Both the position numbers and the translations under genes were made by a program. From positions 1 to 64,000 of the forward strand of contig CAVQFQ010000017.1 in NCBI GenBank assembly GCA_963711835.1: a stretch of 64,000 nucleotides of DNA, in the 5' to 3' direction. Each line of letters begins with the position of its first letter. The first letter of the stretch is position 1. Shown piece after piece: positions 1-9,755 of the stretch. Source of the DNA: an uncultured delta proteobacterium (GTDB lineage: Bacteria > Desulfobacterota > RBG-13-43-22). The notes under the pieces are model-generated. The model did no database searches. It was not told the DNA's origin and saw only the letters and a list, made by a program, of their open reading frames with translations.

Positions 1-44
1 GTTAAAGAATATTAGCAGGGCTTCCAAATGCTATGGAGGAAAAC

Positions 45-1406
45 ATGAGCGAAAAAAAATTAAAGGTCGTTCATTATCTGAATCAATTTTTTGGGCAAAT
101 CGGCGGGGAGGATAAAGCCGCTACCGGCTTCCTGGTCAAGGAAGGACCGGTTGGGCCCGGGCTGGCCCTCCAGAAAACCCTGGGGGATCGGGCGGTCATC
201 GCGGCCACCTTGATCTGCGGGGACAACACTTTTGCAAGGGAGCCGGAACGGGCCGGGGAAGAGGGCTTCCAACTCATCGCCTCCTATCAGCCCGACCTGT
301 TATTCGCCGGCCCCGCTTTTGCGGCCGGAAGATACGGCATCGCCTGCGGGGCGATTTGCAAGGTGGTCGGCGAAAAACTCGGGATCCCGGTCATTACCGG
401 GATGTACGAAGAGAATCCCGGGGTGGAGCTGTATCGAAAATATGCTTTTATTTGCCGGACCGGCAACAATGCCCGCGATATGGCGGAGAGCCTGAACCAA
501 ATGACCAGGCTGGCCTTCCGGCTCATCTCCGGAGAAAAGGGGTCTCAGCTGGTCTCTCGCGAAGCCCTGCCGAGACCGGAGGATTTCGGGTATTTCCCGC
601 GCGTTATCCTGAGGAATGAGTACACGGATAAAACCGCCGCCGAAAGAAGCGTGGACAAATTGCTGGCCAAACTGAAGGGGGAACCCTTTGAAAGCGAGGT
701 CATTCTGCCGCAGTTTGAAAAGGTGGAACCGCCGGCCTCGCTCAAGGACTTCAGCAAGGCCGAAATCGCCTTGATCAGCGACGGCGGGATCGTACCCAAG
801 GGAAATCCCGCGGGGTTAAGCGGAAGAGGAAACCTCCGCTGGACGACCAATGAAATCGAAGGTTTTTTCCCGGAGGATTTCAAGTCTTCCGATTATGAGA
901 TCGTTCATACCGGCTATTTCCCGGTGGAGGTGCTGGCAAACCCCAACCGTCTGGTCCCGGTGGATATCATGCGGGAAATGGTCAAGGAGGGCAAGATCGG
1001 CAAACTCCATCCCACCTTCTTCTCCACCTCCGGGAATGCCACGGTTTCCCGGCGGTGCGCCGAAATGGGCAATGAAATGGCCGCCGAACTCAAATCACGG
1101 CGTATTGACGCCGTGATCTTTACCTCCACCTGAGGCTCAAGCACTCGTTGCGGGGCAACGATCGCTTCGGGCATTGAGAAAGTGGGTATTCCGGTGGTTC
1201 AGATCACGGCCGTTCCCAACGTGGCTAAGATGGTCGGGGTCAATCGGATCTTGCGGGGCCAGAGTATTACCTGTGTCGTGGGGAATTCCGTTCTTACTCC
1301 CGTGCAGGAAAAGGCCTTGCGGCGCAAATACGTCCGGCGGGCCCTCGAGATACTTCAAACCGACGTAGACGGCCCGGCCATTTTTACTTTGGACGGGACC
1401 GAGTAG
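45..1406 (+). CDS. grdB: Glycine/betaine/sarcosine reductase complex selenoprotein B (Sec at UGA 1131-1133)
   Basis: N-terminal VVHYLNQFFGQIGGEDKA and GPAFAAGRYG motifs. ORF 33-1133 ends TST-TGA and the same frame continues GSSTRCGAT...GIPVVQITAVP to 1406. GGAGG RBS precedes ATG 45. Confidence 0.92.
1139..1167 (+). promoter_or_regulatory. Bacterial SECIS-like hairpin downstream of the in-frame UGA
   Basis: AAGC-AC-TCGTTGC-GGG-GCAACGA-TC-GCTT stem-loop with a G-rich apical loop, starting a few nt after the UGA. Confidence 0.75.
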
Positions 1407-1434
1407 TTTTCAACACCTTTTTACAAGGAGGATT

Positions 1435-1767
1435 ATGATGGCCATAGACGTAGATAGCGATACGTTTGAACAAGAAGTGCTTCAATCAGAAGTACCGGTA
1501 CTGGTCGATTTTTGGGGGCCCCAATGCGCTCCCTGTCTGGCCTTGATGCCGCAGGTGGAAAAGATGGGGGCCACCTACGGCGGCAAATTAAAAATATCCA
1601 AAATCGACGCCTCCAAGAACAGGAGGCTTTGTTTGAATCTGAAAGTCCTGGGCTTGCCGACCTTTCTTTTCTATAAAAATGGGCAGGAAGTCGATCGGCT
1701 CACCGGACAGGCTTTGCGGTTCGAGGAGATAGAGGCTTCGGCCAAAAAAATCACAGAACAAAATTAA
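1435..1767 (+). CDS. trxA: Thioredoxin (reductase-operon type, WGPQCAPC)
   Basis: VLVDFWGPQCAPC and LGLPTFLFYKNG thioredoxin motifs; AAGGAGG RBS; lies within the grd operon. Confidence 0.9.
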   Translation: MMAIDVDSDTFEQEVLQSEVPVLVDFWGPQCAPCLALMPQVEKMGATYGGKLKISKIDASKNRRLCLNLKVLGLPTFLFYKNGQEVDRLTGQALRFEEIEASAKKITEQN

Positions 1768-1783
1768 AGGAGCGTTTTGCCTT

Positions 1784-3241
1784 ATGTCCGTTGTCATAAA
1801 AGAGGTGGGCTATCTTCTTGCGCATGTGCCTGACTTTGTCCAGTACGGATCGAAGCCCAGTAGAGATATCTCGGATAACCCGGAGGTGTTGAAAGAACTT
1901 TACGGGCATCTCAGAAGTTACCCGGAGGCGGTTAATTATCCTCCCCATCAGGTCTTTATCGGGAACAGGCATCCGGATGATTTAAACACCATTCCCAAGC
2001 CCTGGTACGAGCATCCGATCCGGGAAGGAAAGCGAACCGGGCCGTTCGGGGAAATCATGCCCGAAGAGGAATTTTATGGCTGGATGAAAGCGGCGGATGA
2101 CTTTGACCTGCTTTGGTTGACCCCGGATTTTGTGAGGCGGATCCGGGAACCATTTAGCGCCCATCCCTTTATCGGCGAGGCCCAGGTAAAAAAATTGGGG
2201 GAAGGCAAGCCTCCTGAAAAAATAAAGGAAATTATCGAACAGGGGGCGGCCTTACCCCTTTACTTTCAGGGTGAGTTGATCGGTTCCCTGCGCCGGGATC
2301 ACGACCGGGATGATACCTTGAAACCGGAAGTCCTTATGGAAAACCTGATGGCCAAGGCCTCCGGATCCCTGGCCATGCTCCACCTTTTTAAACGGGCGGG
2401 CCTATCTCCCACGGAAATCGATTTTGTTCTGGACTGCACCGAAACCGCCATCGGGGACCGCTATAACCGGGGGGGCGGCAGTCTGTCCAAGGCCATGGCT
2501 GAGATGAGCGGCTGCCTCAATGCTACCGGCAACGATATCCGGGCCTTCTGTTGCGCCCCGGTCCATGCCCTGATTAATGCCGCCGGGCTGGTCGGTTCGG
2601 GGATCTTTGATAATGTGGTGGTAGCCGGCGGAGGATGCCTGGCCAAGGTGGGTATGAAATTTGCGGCTCATTTAAAACATCAGATGCCTATTCTGGAAGA
2701 CGTCCTGGGGGCCGTTGCCTTCCTGATCACCAAGGATGACGGCCTGAGCCCGATCCTGCGCTTGGATTCGGTGGGCAAACATGATGTGGGTGCGGGCTCG
2801 GCCCAGCAATCCATCATGACCTCCCTTATCCTGAAGCCCCTGAAAAAACTGGGCCTGAAGATGACCGATATTGAAAAGTATGCTACCGAGATGCACAACC
2901 CGGAGATCACCCTGCCGGCCGGAAGCGGCGATACCCCGGCCACCAATTACCGGATCATGGCCTCCCTGGCGGTGCTGAACAAGGAAATTAATAAAACGGA
3001 AATGGATCAATTCGTCAGGGAGCGTGGCATGCCGGGCTTTTCTCCGACCCAGGGTCATGTGCCGGCGGCGGTTCCGTTTTTGGGACATGCCCTTGAGGCC
3101 ATGAAAAAAGGGGACATGAAAAGGGCCATGTTTGTGGCTAAAGGAAGCCTGTTCCTGGGCCGGATGTCGCAATTGTCGGACGGTCTGTCTTTTCTGCTGG
3201 AGGCCAATCCCCGGAATTACTCCGGGAACAGCCAACCCTAA
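1784..3241 (+). CDS. grdC: Glycine/sarcosine/betaine reductase complex component C beta subunit
   Basis: YPPHQVFIGN, GPFGEIMPEEEFYG, GDRYNRGGG, RAFCCAP, EMHNPEIT and GSLFLGRM motifs typical of GrdC. Confidence 0.9.
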   Translation: MSVVIKEVGYLLAHVPDFVQYGSKPSRDISDNPEVLKELYGHLRSYPEAVNYPPHQVFIGNRHPDDLNTIPKPWYEHPIREGKRTGPFGEIMPEEEFYGWMKAADDFDLLWLTPDFVRRIREPFSAHPFIGEAQVKKLGEGKPPEKIKEIIEQGAALPLYFQGELIGSLRRDHDRDDTLKPEVLMENLMAKASGSLAMLHLFKRAGLSPTEIDFVLDCTETAIGDRYNRGGGSLSKAMAEMSGCLNATGNDIRAFCCAPVHALINAAGLVGSGIFDNVVVAGGGCLAKVGMKFAAHLKHQMPILEDVLGAVAFLITKDDGLSPILRLDSVGKHDVGAGSAQQSIMTSLILKPLKKLGLKMTDIEKYATEMHNPEITLPAGSGDTPATNYRIMASLAVLNKEINKTEMDQFVRERGMPGFSPTQGHVPAAVPFLGHALEAMKKGDMKRAMFVAKGSLFLGRMSQLSDGLSFLLEANPRNYSGNSQP

Positions 3242-3248
3242 TTGATAA

Positions 3249-3555
3249 GTATCGTTCAAAGGTTTTGGCATCGGCGCATTATTGCCTAACTGGGGACCGG
3301 GGGTCTTGATTTCAAGGCTTGTCCAAAGGGGGATCCTTCCCTCCAATCCGGCCCAGATTTGTAAAGTTGGTTTAGAGCCGGGCATTCACCCAACCGGACA
3401 AACAGCTTTGGTGAAGGCCTGCTTAAGGTATTATCGTCACCCTCCCAGCCCGGGTTCAAGGTGAGGAGTTTAGGGTGGACAACCTTGAAATCAAGACCCC
3501 CGGTCCCCTTCTATCGTGGTTCAGAAATATAATGCCACAACCTTTGAACGATACC
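3249..3555. mobile_element. MITE-like element (shell type 1) carrying an inner IR-bounded structured module
   Basis: TIRs GTATCGTTCAAAGGTTTTGGCAT (3249-3271) / ATGCCACAACCTTTGAACGATAC (3532-3554). 9-bp direct repeat AATTGATAA on both sides (3240-3248, 3556-3564). Inner IR GGGGACCGGGGGTCTTGATTTCAAGG / CCTTGAAATCAAGACCCCCGGTCCCC. Confidence 0.8.
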
Positions 3556-3562
3556 AATTGAT

Positions 3563-3594
3563 AACCCCGCCTTAGGCGGGATTCAGGGGTTTTT
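3563..3594. terminator. Hairpin between convergent genes
   Basis: CCCGCC-TTA-GGCGGG stem inside AACCCC...GGGGTT, followed by a T-run. Confidence 0.5.
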
Positions 3595-5038
3595 ATACGG
3601 GTAAACCGTTCCTTGGCAGTCGGTTAGCGTATTTGAATAACAGTCCCAGGGCCTTGACACATCGTTCCGGTTCGCCGAAAACCGGGAAGCCGAGTCCCTC
3701 AATACGACTGGTAAGGTCCAGGACCTTGGCCGGATTGGGGCCGTAAATCCAGGTTACAACAGGCTTCCGGGGGGAGCCCTTCAGCTCTTCATAGGTGTCG
3801 AGATAAGCCTTGGTGTTGTTGCCGTAAGCGTCGGCCCAAAGGACGTTAAACAAGGAATCTACGTTTTCGTCCCGCAGAACCGCCTGCAGAATCCCCGAGT
3901 AGACCGTGGAGAAATCCTTCACCGAGGGTATCATGGGGCCGATATCGACCGGCATGCTCCCCAGGCCGGGGAACAGGTCTTCAAACTTTCCGGCTGTTTC
4001 AGAGGCCAGACTCGCCAGGGTCAGACCGTATTTGGCCCCTTCATCGGCGGCCAGCACCCCTATTGCGCCGGTATAGCTGACCAGGCCTAAACGGTTTCCC
4101 TTCGGGAGGGGCTGGGAGGTAAAAACCTTGGGGAGTTCAAAAAGCTCGTTAAATTCATGGAGCCGCAGGATCCCTGACTGACGGCAGGCGGCCTCAAAGA
4201 TTTTATCGTCGATGGCCAAAGACCCGGTGTGGGAAGCCGAGGCCCGGGCTCCTTCCCTGGTGGCCCCTACCTTGAGGACCAGCAGAGGTTTCTTGGCGGC
4301 CACCCGTTCACACACCTCCAGAAACCTCCTCCCATCCCGAATAGTTTCGAGATACATGCTGATGACCTCTGTTGTCGAATCCTCTTCCAGATATTCCAGG
4401 AGGTCGCATTCGTCCAGATCGCACTTGTTTCCGAAATCGCAGAGTTTGCTGATGCCGAATCCGAGATCACGGTAGGGGTAGGCCTGGGGATTGATCATCC
4501 CGGTCTGCGAGCAGATGGTCACCGCCCCCTTTTTGAATTCGTAGTAACCGGCATCGTAGGGGGAGGGATTGAATCCATTCTGGTTGTTTACCAGACCGGC
4601 CGTGTTGGGCCCGATGATCCGCACCCCCCGCTCCCGGGCAATCCCTACCACCTCCTCCTGCAGCCTGGCCCCTTCCCGGTCCCTCTCGGCAAAACCGTCC
4701 GCCACGAGCACTATGGCCCGGATACCGTTTTCGGCACATTCCCGGATGACGCCCGGAACCCGCCGGGCGTTGATCATGATCAGGGCCAGGTCCGCCTTAG
4801 AAGGGAGCTCTCGAACCGAGGGGTAAACCTTTAAACCCAACACTTCTTTATAACCCGGATTCACCGGATGGATCCGGCCGCCGTAGCCGGCCTTCAAAAG
4901 GGATTTGATGGCCACGTATCCGCCGAAGGTCCCTTCCCGGAAAGACCCGATAACCGCCACACTCTTCGGCTCGAAAAAAAGGGAGAAATCACTTGGGGAG
5001 TTCGATCCGCTGGCCGCCATAGAACCGCTTCCTTTCAA
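3593..5038 (-). CDS. Acyl-CoA synthetase (ADP-forming) alpha-type / CoA-binding protein
   Basis: FFEPKSVAVIG, IHPVNP, IIGPNTAG, ASASHTGSLA (phospho-His). Confidence 0.88.
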   Translation of the reverse strand: MKGSGSMAASGSNSPSDFSLFFEPKSVAVIGSFREGTFGGYVAIKSLLKAGYGGRIHPVNPGYKEVLGLKVYPSVRELPSKADLALIMINARRVPGVIRECAENGIRAIVLVADGFAERDREGARLQEEVVGIARERGVRIIGPNTAGLVNNQNGFNPSPYDAGYYEFKKGAVTICSQTGMINPQAYPYRDLGFGISKLCDFGNKCDLDECDLLEYLEEDSTTEVISMYLETIRDGRRFLEVCERVAAKKPLLVLKVGATREGARASASHTGSLAIDDKIFEAACRQSGILRLHEFNELFELPKVFTSQPLPKGNRLGLVSYTGAIGVLAADEGAKYGLTLASLASETAGKFEDLFPGLGSMPVDIGPMIPSVKDFSTVYSGILQAVLRDENVDSLFNVLWADAYGNNTKAYLDTYEELKGSPRKPVVTWIYGPNPAKVLDLTSRIEGLGFPVFGEPERCVKALGLLFKYANRLPRNGLPV

Positions 5039-5274
5039 AATCCGGATTTTTGTTATCAGTCTGAACAGCCAATGGGTCTCCTCTCTGCAGTAAACCTAAC
5101 GGTTGCATAAAAATTGGGCTGAAAACATGTTTAAGCTAATAACCATAGCAGATAACTTTTCTTGCTAAAACCTCTTTTTTTTTATATGGTTAGTCTCCAC
5201 TAGGAAATTGAAGAGTTCCGAATGGAGCATTCAGCCGTCAGCTTTTCCCCCTTTGATTCGTTAGGTGACTTGCG

Positions 5275-6804
5275 ATGATCGCCAAGGTTTACAGCAGCGC
5301 CATCTCCGGGATTGATGCCTATCTGGTTCAAGTGGAGGTCGATATTGCCCGGGGCCTGCCGGCCTTTTCCACCGTGGGACTTCCGGAAGGTGCGGTCCGG
5401 GAAAGCAAAGACCGGGTAAAGTCCGCCATAAAAAATTCAGGATTTGAATTTCCCAGCCACCGGATCACCGTAAACCTGGCCCCGGCCGATATTAAAAAAG
5501 AAGGCTCGGCCTTCGATTTGCCTATGGCTGTCGGCATCCTGGCCGCCACCGAACTGATCTCTCTCGACTTACTTCCTTCGTATCTGCTCCTGGGGGAATT
5601 ATCCTTAAACGGGGAAATCAAACCCATACGGGGAACGCTGCCGACGGCCTTAACCGTCAAGGAAAAAGGCCTGCGGGGTCTGATCGTGCCCGAGGTCAAC
5701 GCCGTGGAGGCCTCCGTAGTGGACGGGATTGAGGTTATCCCTGCCTTAACCCTCGGCCAGGTGGTCGAATTTTTAAACGGCTTTCCCTCCATCCCGGCCT
5801 TTGGTCAAAAAAAGGACCCTTTCTTTCCCGGCCCTCCGGTCTATCCCTTTGACTTCAATGAGGTCAAAGGACAAGAGCATATCAAGCGAGCCTTGGAAAT
5901 TGCCGCTGCCGGAGGACATAACATCCTGATGAGTGGTCCGCCTGGATCGGGAAAAACCATGCTGGCCCAACGACTGCCGTCGATCCTTCCGGATCTGACC
6001 TTTGAAGAGGCCCTGGAAACCTCAAAAATTTACAGCGTCATGGGCTTGATGCCGGCCAACCAGGCCTTGATCAGCACCCGGCCCTTTCGATCCCCTCATC
6101 ATACGGTTTCGGACGCCGGCTTGGTAGGCGGAGGACAAATTCCCCGTCCCGGCGAAGTAAGCCTGTCCCATAACGGGGTCCTCTTCCTGGACGAATTACC
6201 GGAGTTTAAAAAAAATGTCCTGGAAGTCCTGCGCCAACCCCTGGAAGACGGAAAAGTGACCATTTCCAGGGCGGTTACCTCGCTTACCTATCCGGCTCGA
6301 TTTATGCTTGTAGCTGCCATGAATCCCTGTCCCTGTGGTTTCTTTTCAGATCCCCAGAGGGAATGCCAGTGCACCTTTCCCCAGATACAGCGCTACAAAT
6401 CCAAAATATCCGGACCCCTTCTGGATCGGATCGACATCCAGGTGGAAGTCCCTTCGGTTAAGTTCAAGGATTTATCCGGTCAATCGGGGGGGGAACCTTC
6501 TGAGATGATCCGGGAACGGGTCAAAGCAGCCCGCCGGCGGCAAAAGGAACGGTTTCAAAGCAGAACTGTTTTTTGCAATGCCCAGATGGGTCCCCGGCAG
6601 ATAAAAAAATTTTGTACCCTGGATCAGGATTCCCAGCATCTTCTTGAAACCGCCATGGATTATCTGGGCTTGAGTGCCCGGGCCTACCACCGCATATTAA
6701 AAATTTCCCGAACCATAGCGGATTTGGAATCCGAGGCCGCCATTACTTCCCGCCATGTCTCCGAAGCCATTCAATACCGCAACCTCGACCGCCGTTTAAT
6801 TTAG
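5275..6804 (+). CDS. comM: YifB/ComM Mg-chelatase-like AAA+ ATPase
   Basis: [45 protein letters not shown]. Confidence 0.93.
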   Translation: MIAKVYSSAISGIDAYLVQVEVDIARGLPAFSTVGLPEGAVRESKDRVKSAIKNSGFEFPSHRITVNLAPADIKKEGSAFDLPMAVGILAATELISLDLLPSYLLLGELSLNGEIKPIRGTLPTALTVKEKGLRGLIVPEVNAVEASVVDGIEVIPALTLGQVVEFLNGFPSIPAFGQKKDPFFPGPPVYPFDFNEVKGQEHIKRALEIAAAGGHNILMSGPPGSGKTMLAQRLPSILPDLTFEEALETSKIYSVMGLMPANQALISTRPFRSPHHTVSDAGLVGGGQIPRPGEVSLSHNGVLFLDELPEFKKNVLEVLRQPLEDGKVTISRAVTSLTYPARFMLVAAMNPCPCGFFSDPQRECQCTFPQIQRYKSKISGPLLDRIDIQVEVPSVKFKDLSGQSGGEPSEMIRERVKAARRRQKERFQSRTVFCNAQMGPRQIKKFCTLDQDSQHLLETAMDYLGLSARAYHRILKISRTIADLESEAAITSRHVSEAIQYRNLDRRLI

Positions 6805-6904
6805 GTAATTAAATCCTTTTAATCTCGCTTATTCGTCCCTTTCCATTAATAACAAATTAATATTATTACAAAAAATTTAAAAAAATACTTTCTTAATTTT
6901 TTTC

Positions 6905-6954
6905 TTGACTTGAGTCAAATAATATTTTATTTAAAAACTGACTGAGCGCTCAGT
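6905..6954 (+). promoter_or_regulatory. Promoter with palindromic operators (probable TetR sites)
   Basis: TTGACT-TG-AGTCAA palindrome over a -35-like box and perfect 14-bp palindrome ACTGAGCGCTCAGT (6941-6954), just upstream of tetR. Confidence 0.6.
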
Positions 6955-6976
6955 TTGTTTTATTCATGAGAATCAT

Positions 6977-7555
6977 ATGACTCGGAAAAATGCCATTATT
7001 CAAGTTGCTGCCCGGCTATTTTCGGAAAAGGGGTTTAAGGAAACCTCGATCTCCGAATTATCGCAACTTACCGGGGTAGCTGAAGGCACTATTTTTTATC
7101 ACTTTAAAAGCAAGGAAGGGCTTTTTCTATCCATCCTGGAAGAAGTCAAGGAAGACCTCATCAAAAGCTTTGGGCACCACTTTCAGGAGACCGCCTTTGC
7201 AAACGGGCTGGATATGATTGAGGGGGGTATTTCGTATTATCTGTATCTGGTGGGGATGAAGGAAGATCGATTTCATCTGCTCCATCACCGCTACCCCTAT
7301 GAACTCGCCGAAGTCAACCCGACCTGCAGGGGCCACCTTGAGGAAATTTTCAACTGCCTGGTGGATATTTTTGAACGCGCCATCCTAAGAGGACAGCAGG
7401 ATGGGTCTATCGGTGATATGTCGGCCCGCAAAATGGCCATGATCCTGTTTTCCTTAGTCGACGGCTTGGTCCGTTTTAAAACCTACAACCTCTATGACGC
7501 CGGGGCCCTTTATAACGAGATGATAGAGGCCTGCCGCCGGATGTTAAAAAAATAG
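6977..7555 (+). CDS. TetR/AcrR family regulator
   Basis: AARLFSEKGFKETSISEL...GVAEGTIFYHFKSKE HTH. Confidence 0.92.
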   Translation: MTRKNAIIQVAARLFSEKGFKETSISELSQLTGVAEGTIFYHFKSKEGLFLSILEEVKEDLIKSFGHHFQETAFANGLDMIEGGISYYLYLVGMKEDRFHLLHHRYPYELAEVNPTCRGHLEEIFNCLVDIFERAILRGQQDGSIGDMSARKMAMILFSLVDGLVRFKTYNLYDAGALYNEMIEACRRMLKK

Positions 7556-7603
7556 CCCAGCCTTCTTAAGGCGGAATAGAAGGGTTAAGAGAGGTCCCTT
7601 CCC

Positions 7604-9730
7604 ATGCTGAAAAAAATTTTTCCTTTTCTAAGTTGGTTTAAAAATTACAGCTTGGAAAGCCTGAGGATAGATGCCGTCTCCGGATTGACCGTTGCCCTGG
7701 TGCTCATCCCTCAGTCCATGGCCTACGCCCAACTGGCCGGCCTACCCGCCTATTACGGACTCTATGCCGCCTTTCTGCCACCCATGTTAGCCGCCCTGTT
7801 CGGATCGAGCCGCCAGTTGGCGACCGGGCCGGTGGCCGTGGTCTCCCTGATGACCTCGGCCTCCCTCGAACCGTTGGCCGCTTCCGGAAGTCAAGGCTAT
7901 ATTGCCTATGCCATCCTGCTGGCCCTGATGGTCGGCTTCTTCCAGCTTTCTCTGGGGTTGCTTCGACTCGGGCTGGTGGTCAATTTCCTTTCCCATCCGG
8001 TCGTCAACGGCTTTACCAACGCCGCGGCTCTGATTATTGCCTCTTCCCAGTTAAACAAATTATTTGGGGTCAGGGTCGACAGCGCCGCCCACCATTATGA
8101 AACCGTTACCCGGATGGTTCAGGAAGCCCTACACTATACGCACTGGCCTACTTTTCTAATGGGGGCACTGGCCTTCGCCATCATGGTCGGGCTAAAAAAA
8201 ATGGCTCCAAAAATCCCCAATGTGTTGGTGGCCGTGGTTTTCACCTCCCTTTTATCCTGGGGCTTCAATTTCGAATATAATACCACGGTTGATATGACGG
8301 CCCTTGAATCTCAGAGGGCCAAAGAATTGATCCGGGATTACAATAAGGCCCTGAATACCCTGCCGGCTCTGGCCGGGGAGCGGATAGAGGTCAGTCGGGC
8401 CCTGGACCTGGCCGCTAAAAACAAGGATATCCTGAGCCTCCTGAATGCCGAACATGCCCTAAGCGTTTTGACCCACACGACCGAGCGGGTTAAACACGAA
8501 GCGGGAGTCTGTCGCCGGGAACTTAGGCGTTTTCTCTTCGAAGGAGTCAGGCAATCGGACGGAACACTTGCCTTTTACCCCAAGGGTTCTCTGCCATCCC
8601 CGGAAAAAGGGGATCAGCAAACCTGGCGTATCCGGATCGGGAACAATCCCCTTAAAGAGGACAAGCTTCTTCTTATGAGCCGGGGCGAAGTGGTCGGGGT
8701 GGTTCCCCAGGGCCTGCCCTCCTTCACCGTTCCGGAACTTGACTTCAAGGTTATGAGCCGTCTCTTTCCCTTTGCCGCCATCATTTCCCTGCTTGGTTTC
8801 ATGGAGGCCATTTCCATCGCCAAGGCCATGGCCGGGAAAACCGGTCAACGGCTGGATCCCAACCAGGAGCTGATCGGGCAGGGATTAGCCAATATCCTGG
8901 GGGCTGTCGGCAAAAGCTACCCGACCTCCGGTTCTTTTTCCAGATCGGCCGTCAATCTGCAGGCCGGAGCGGTTTCAGGCTTCTCCAGTGTCTTCACCAG
9001 TCTGACGGTAGTGGTGGTACTCTTTTTCTTTACACCGCTGCTTTATCACCTGCCCCAGTCCGTCCTGGCGGCCGTCATCATGATGGCGGTTATCGGCCTA
9101 ATCAATATTTCAGGATTTATTCATGCCTGGCGGGCTCAATGGTATGACGGGCTGATCTCGATCATCTCTTTTATGGCCACCCTCGCTTTCGCCCCGCATC
9201 TGGACAAAGGCATTATGATCGGAGTGATTCTTTCCCTGCTGGTTTTTCTTTATAAGAGCATGCGTCCTAAAATCGCTTCTCTTTCCCGGCATGAGGACCA
9301 ATCCCTTCGCTGCGTCACCACCCACGGTCTTGAGGAGTGCGAATATGTCGCCATGGTTCGTTTTGAAGGACCTCTCTTTTTTGCCAATGCCAGCTACCTG
9401 GAAGACAAAATCATGGAGATTATGCAGGCCAAAAAAAAGCTTAAACATATTATCATCGTTTCCAACGGCATAAATGATATTGACGCCTCCGGCGAAGAAA
9501 CTTTATCATTGCTGGTGGACCGGATCCGGAGCGCCGGTTTGGGCATCTCCTTGAGCGGCATCAATGAGTCCGTCCTGCGGGTGCTCAATCGAACCCATTT
9601 CCTGGAAAAAATAGGGGAAGACCACCTTTTCCCGACCATGGAAAAAGCCATCCGCGCGGTTCACCCCATTACTCATAAAGGGGCAACGGAGAAAAACTGT
9701 CCTTTATTGACGGTTTGCCGGATCACCTAA
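7604..9730 (+). CDS. sulP: SulP family anion (sulfate) permease with STAS domain
   Basis: LIPQSMAYAQLAG, FGSSRQLATGP, NQELIGQG, GSFSRSAVN and STAS motif FEGPLFFANA. Confidence 0.93.
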   Translation: MLKKIFPFLSWFKNYSLESLRIDAVSGLTVALVLIPQSMAYAQLAGLPAYYGLYAAFLPPMLAALFGSSRQLATGPVAVVSLMTSASLEPLAASGSQGYIAYAILLALMVGFFQLSLGLLRLGLVVNFLSHPVVNGFTNAAALIIASSQLNKLFGVRVDSAAHHYETVTRMVQEALHYTHWPTFLMGALAFAIMVGLKKMAPKIPNVLVAVVFTSLLSWGFNFEYNTTVDMTALESQRAKELIRDYNKALNTLPALAGERIEVSRALDLAAKNKDILSLLNAEHALSVLTHTTERVKHEAGVCRRELRRFLFEGVRQSDGTLAFYPKGSLPSPEKGDQQTWRIRIGNNPLKEDKLLLMSRGEVVGVVPQGLPSFTVPELDFKVMSRLFPFAAIISLLGFMEAISIAKAMAGKTGQRLDPNQELIGQGLANILGAVGKSYPTSGSFSRSAVNLQAGAVSGFSSVFTSLTVVVVLFFFTPLLYHLPQSVLAAVIMMAVIGLINISGFIHAWRAQWYDGLISIISFMATLAFAPHLDKGIMIGVILSLLVFLYKSMRPKIASLSRHEDQSLRCVTTHGLEECEYVAMVRFEGPLFFANASYLEDKIMEIMQAKKKLKHIIIVSNGINDIDASGEETLSLLVDRIRSAGLGISLSGINESVLRVLNRTHFLEKIGEDHLFPTMEKAIRAVHPITHKGATEKNCPLLTVCRIT

Positions 9731-9755
9731 TTCGTAATACCAAGGGGGACTTGTC

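Noticed and set aside
1182-1406. Separate 74-aa ORF after grdB
   Set aside because: It is the in-frame C-terminus of the selenoprotein after UGA read-through.
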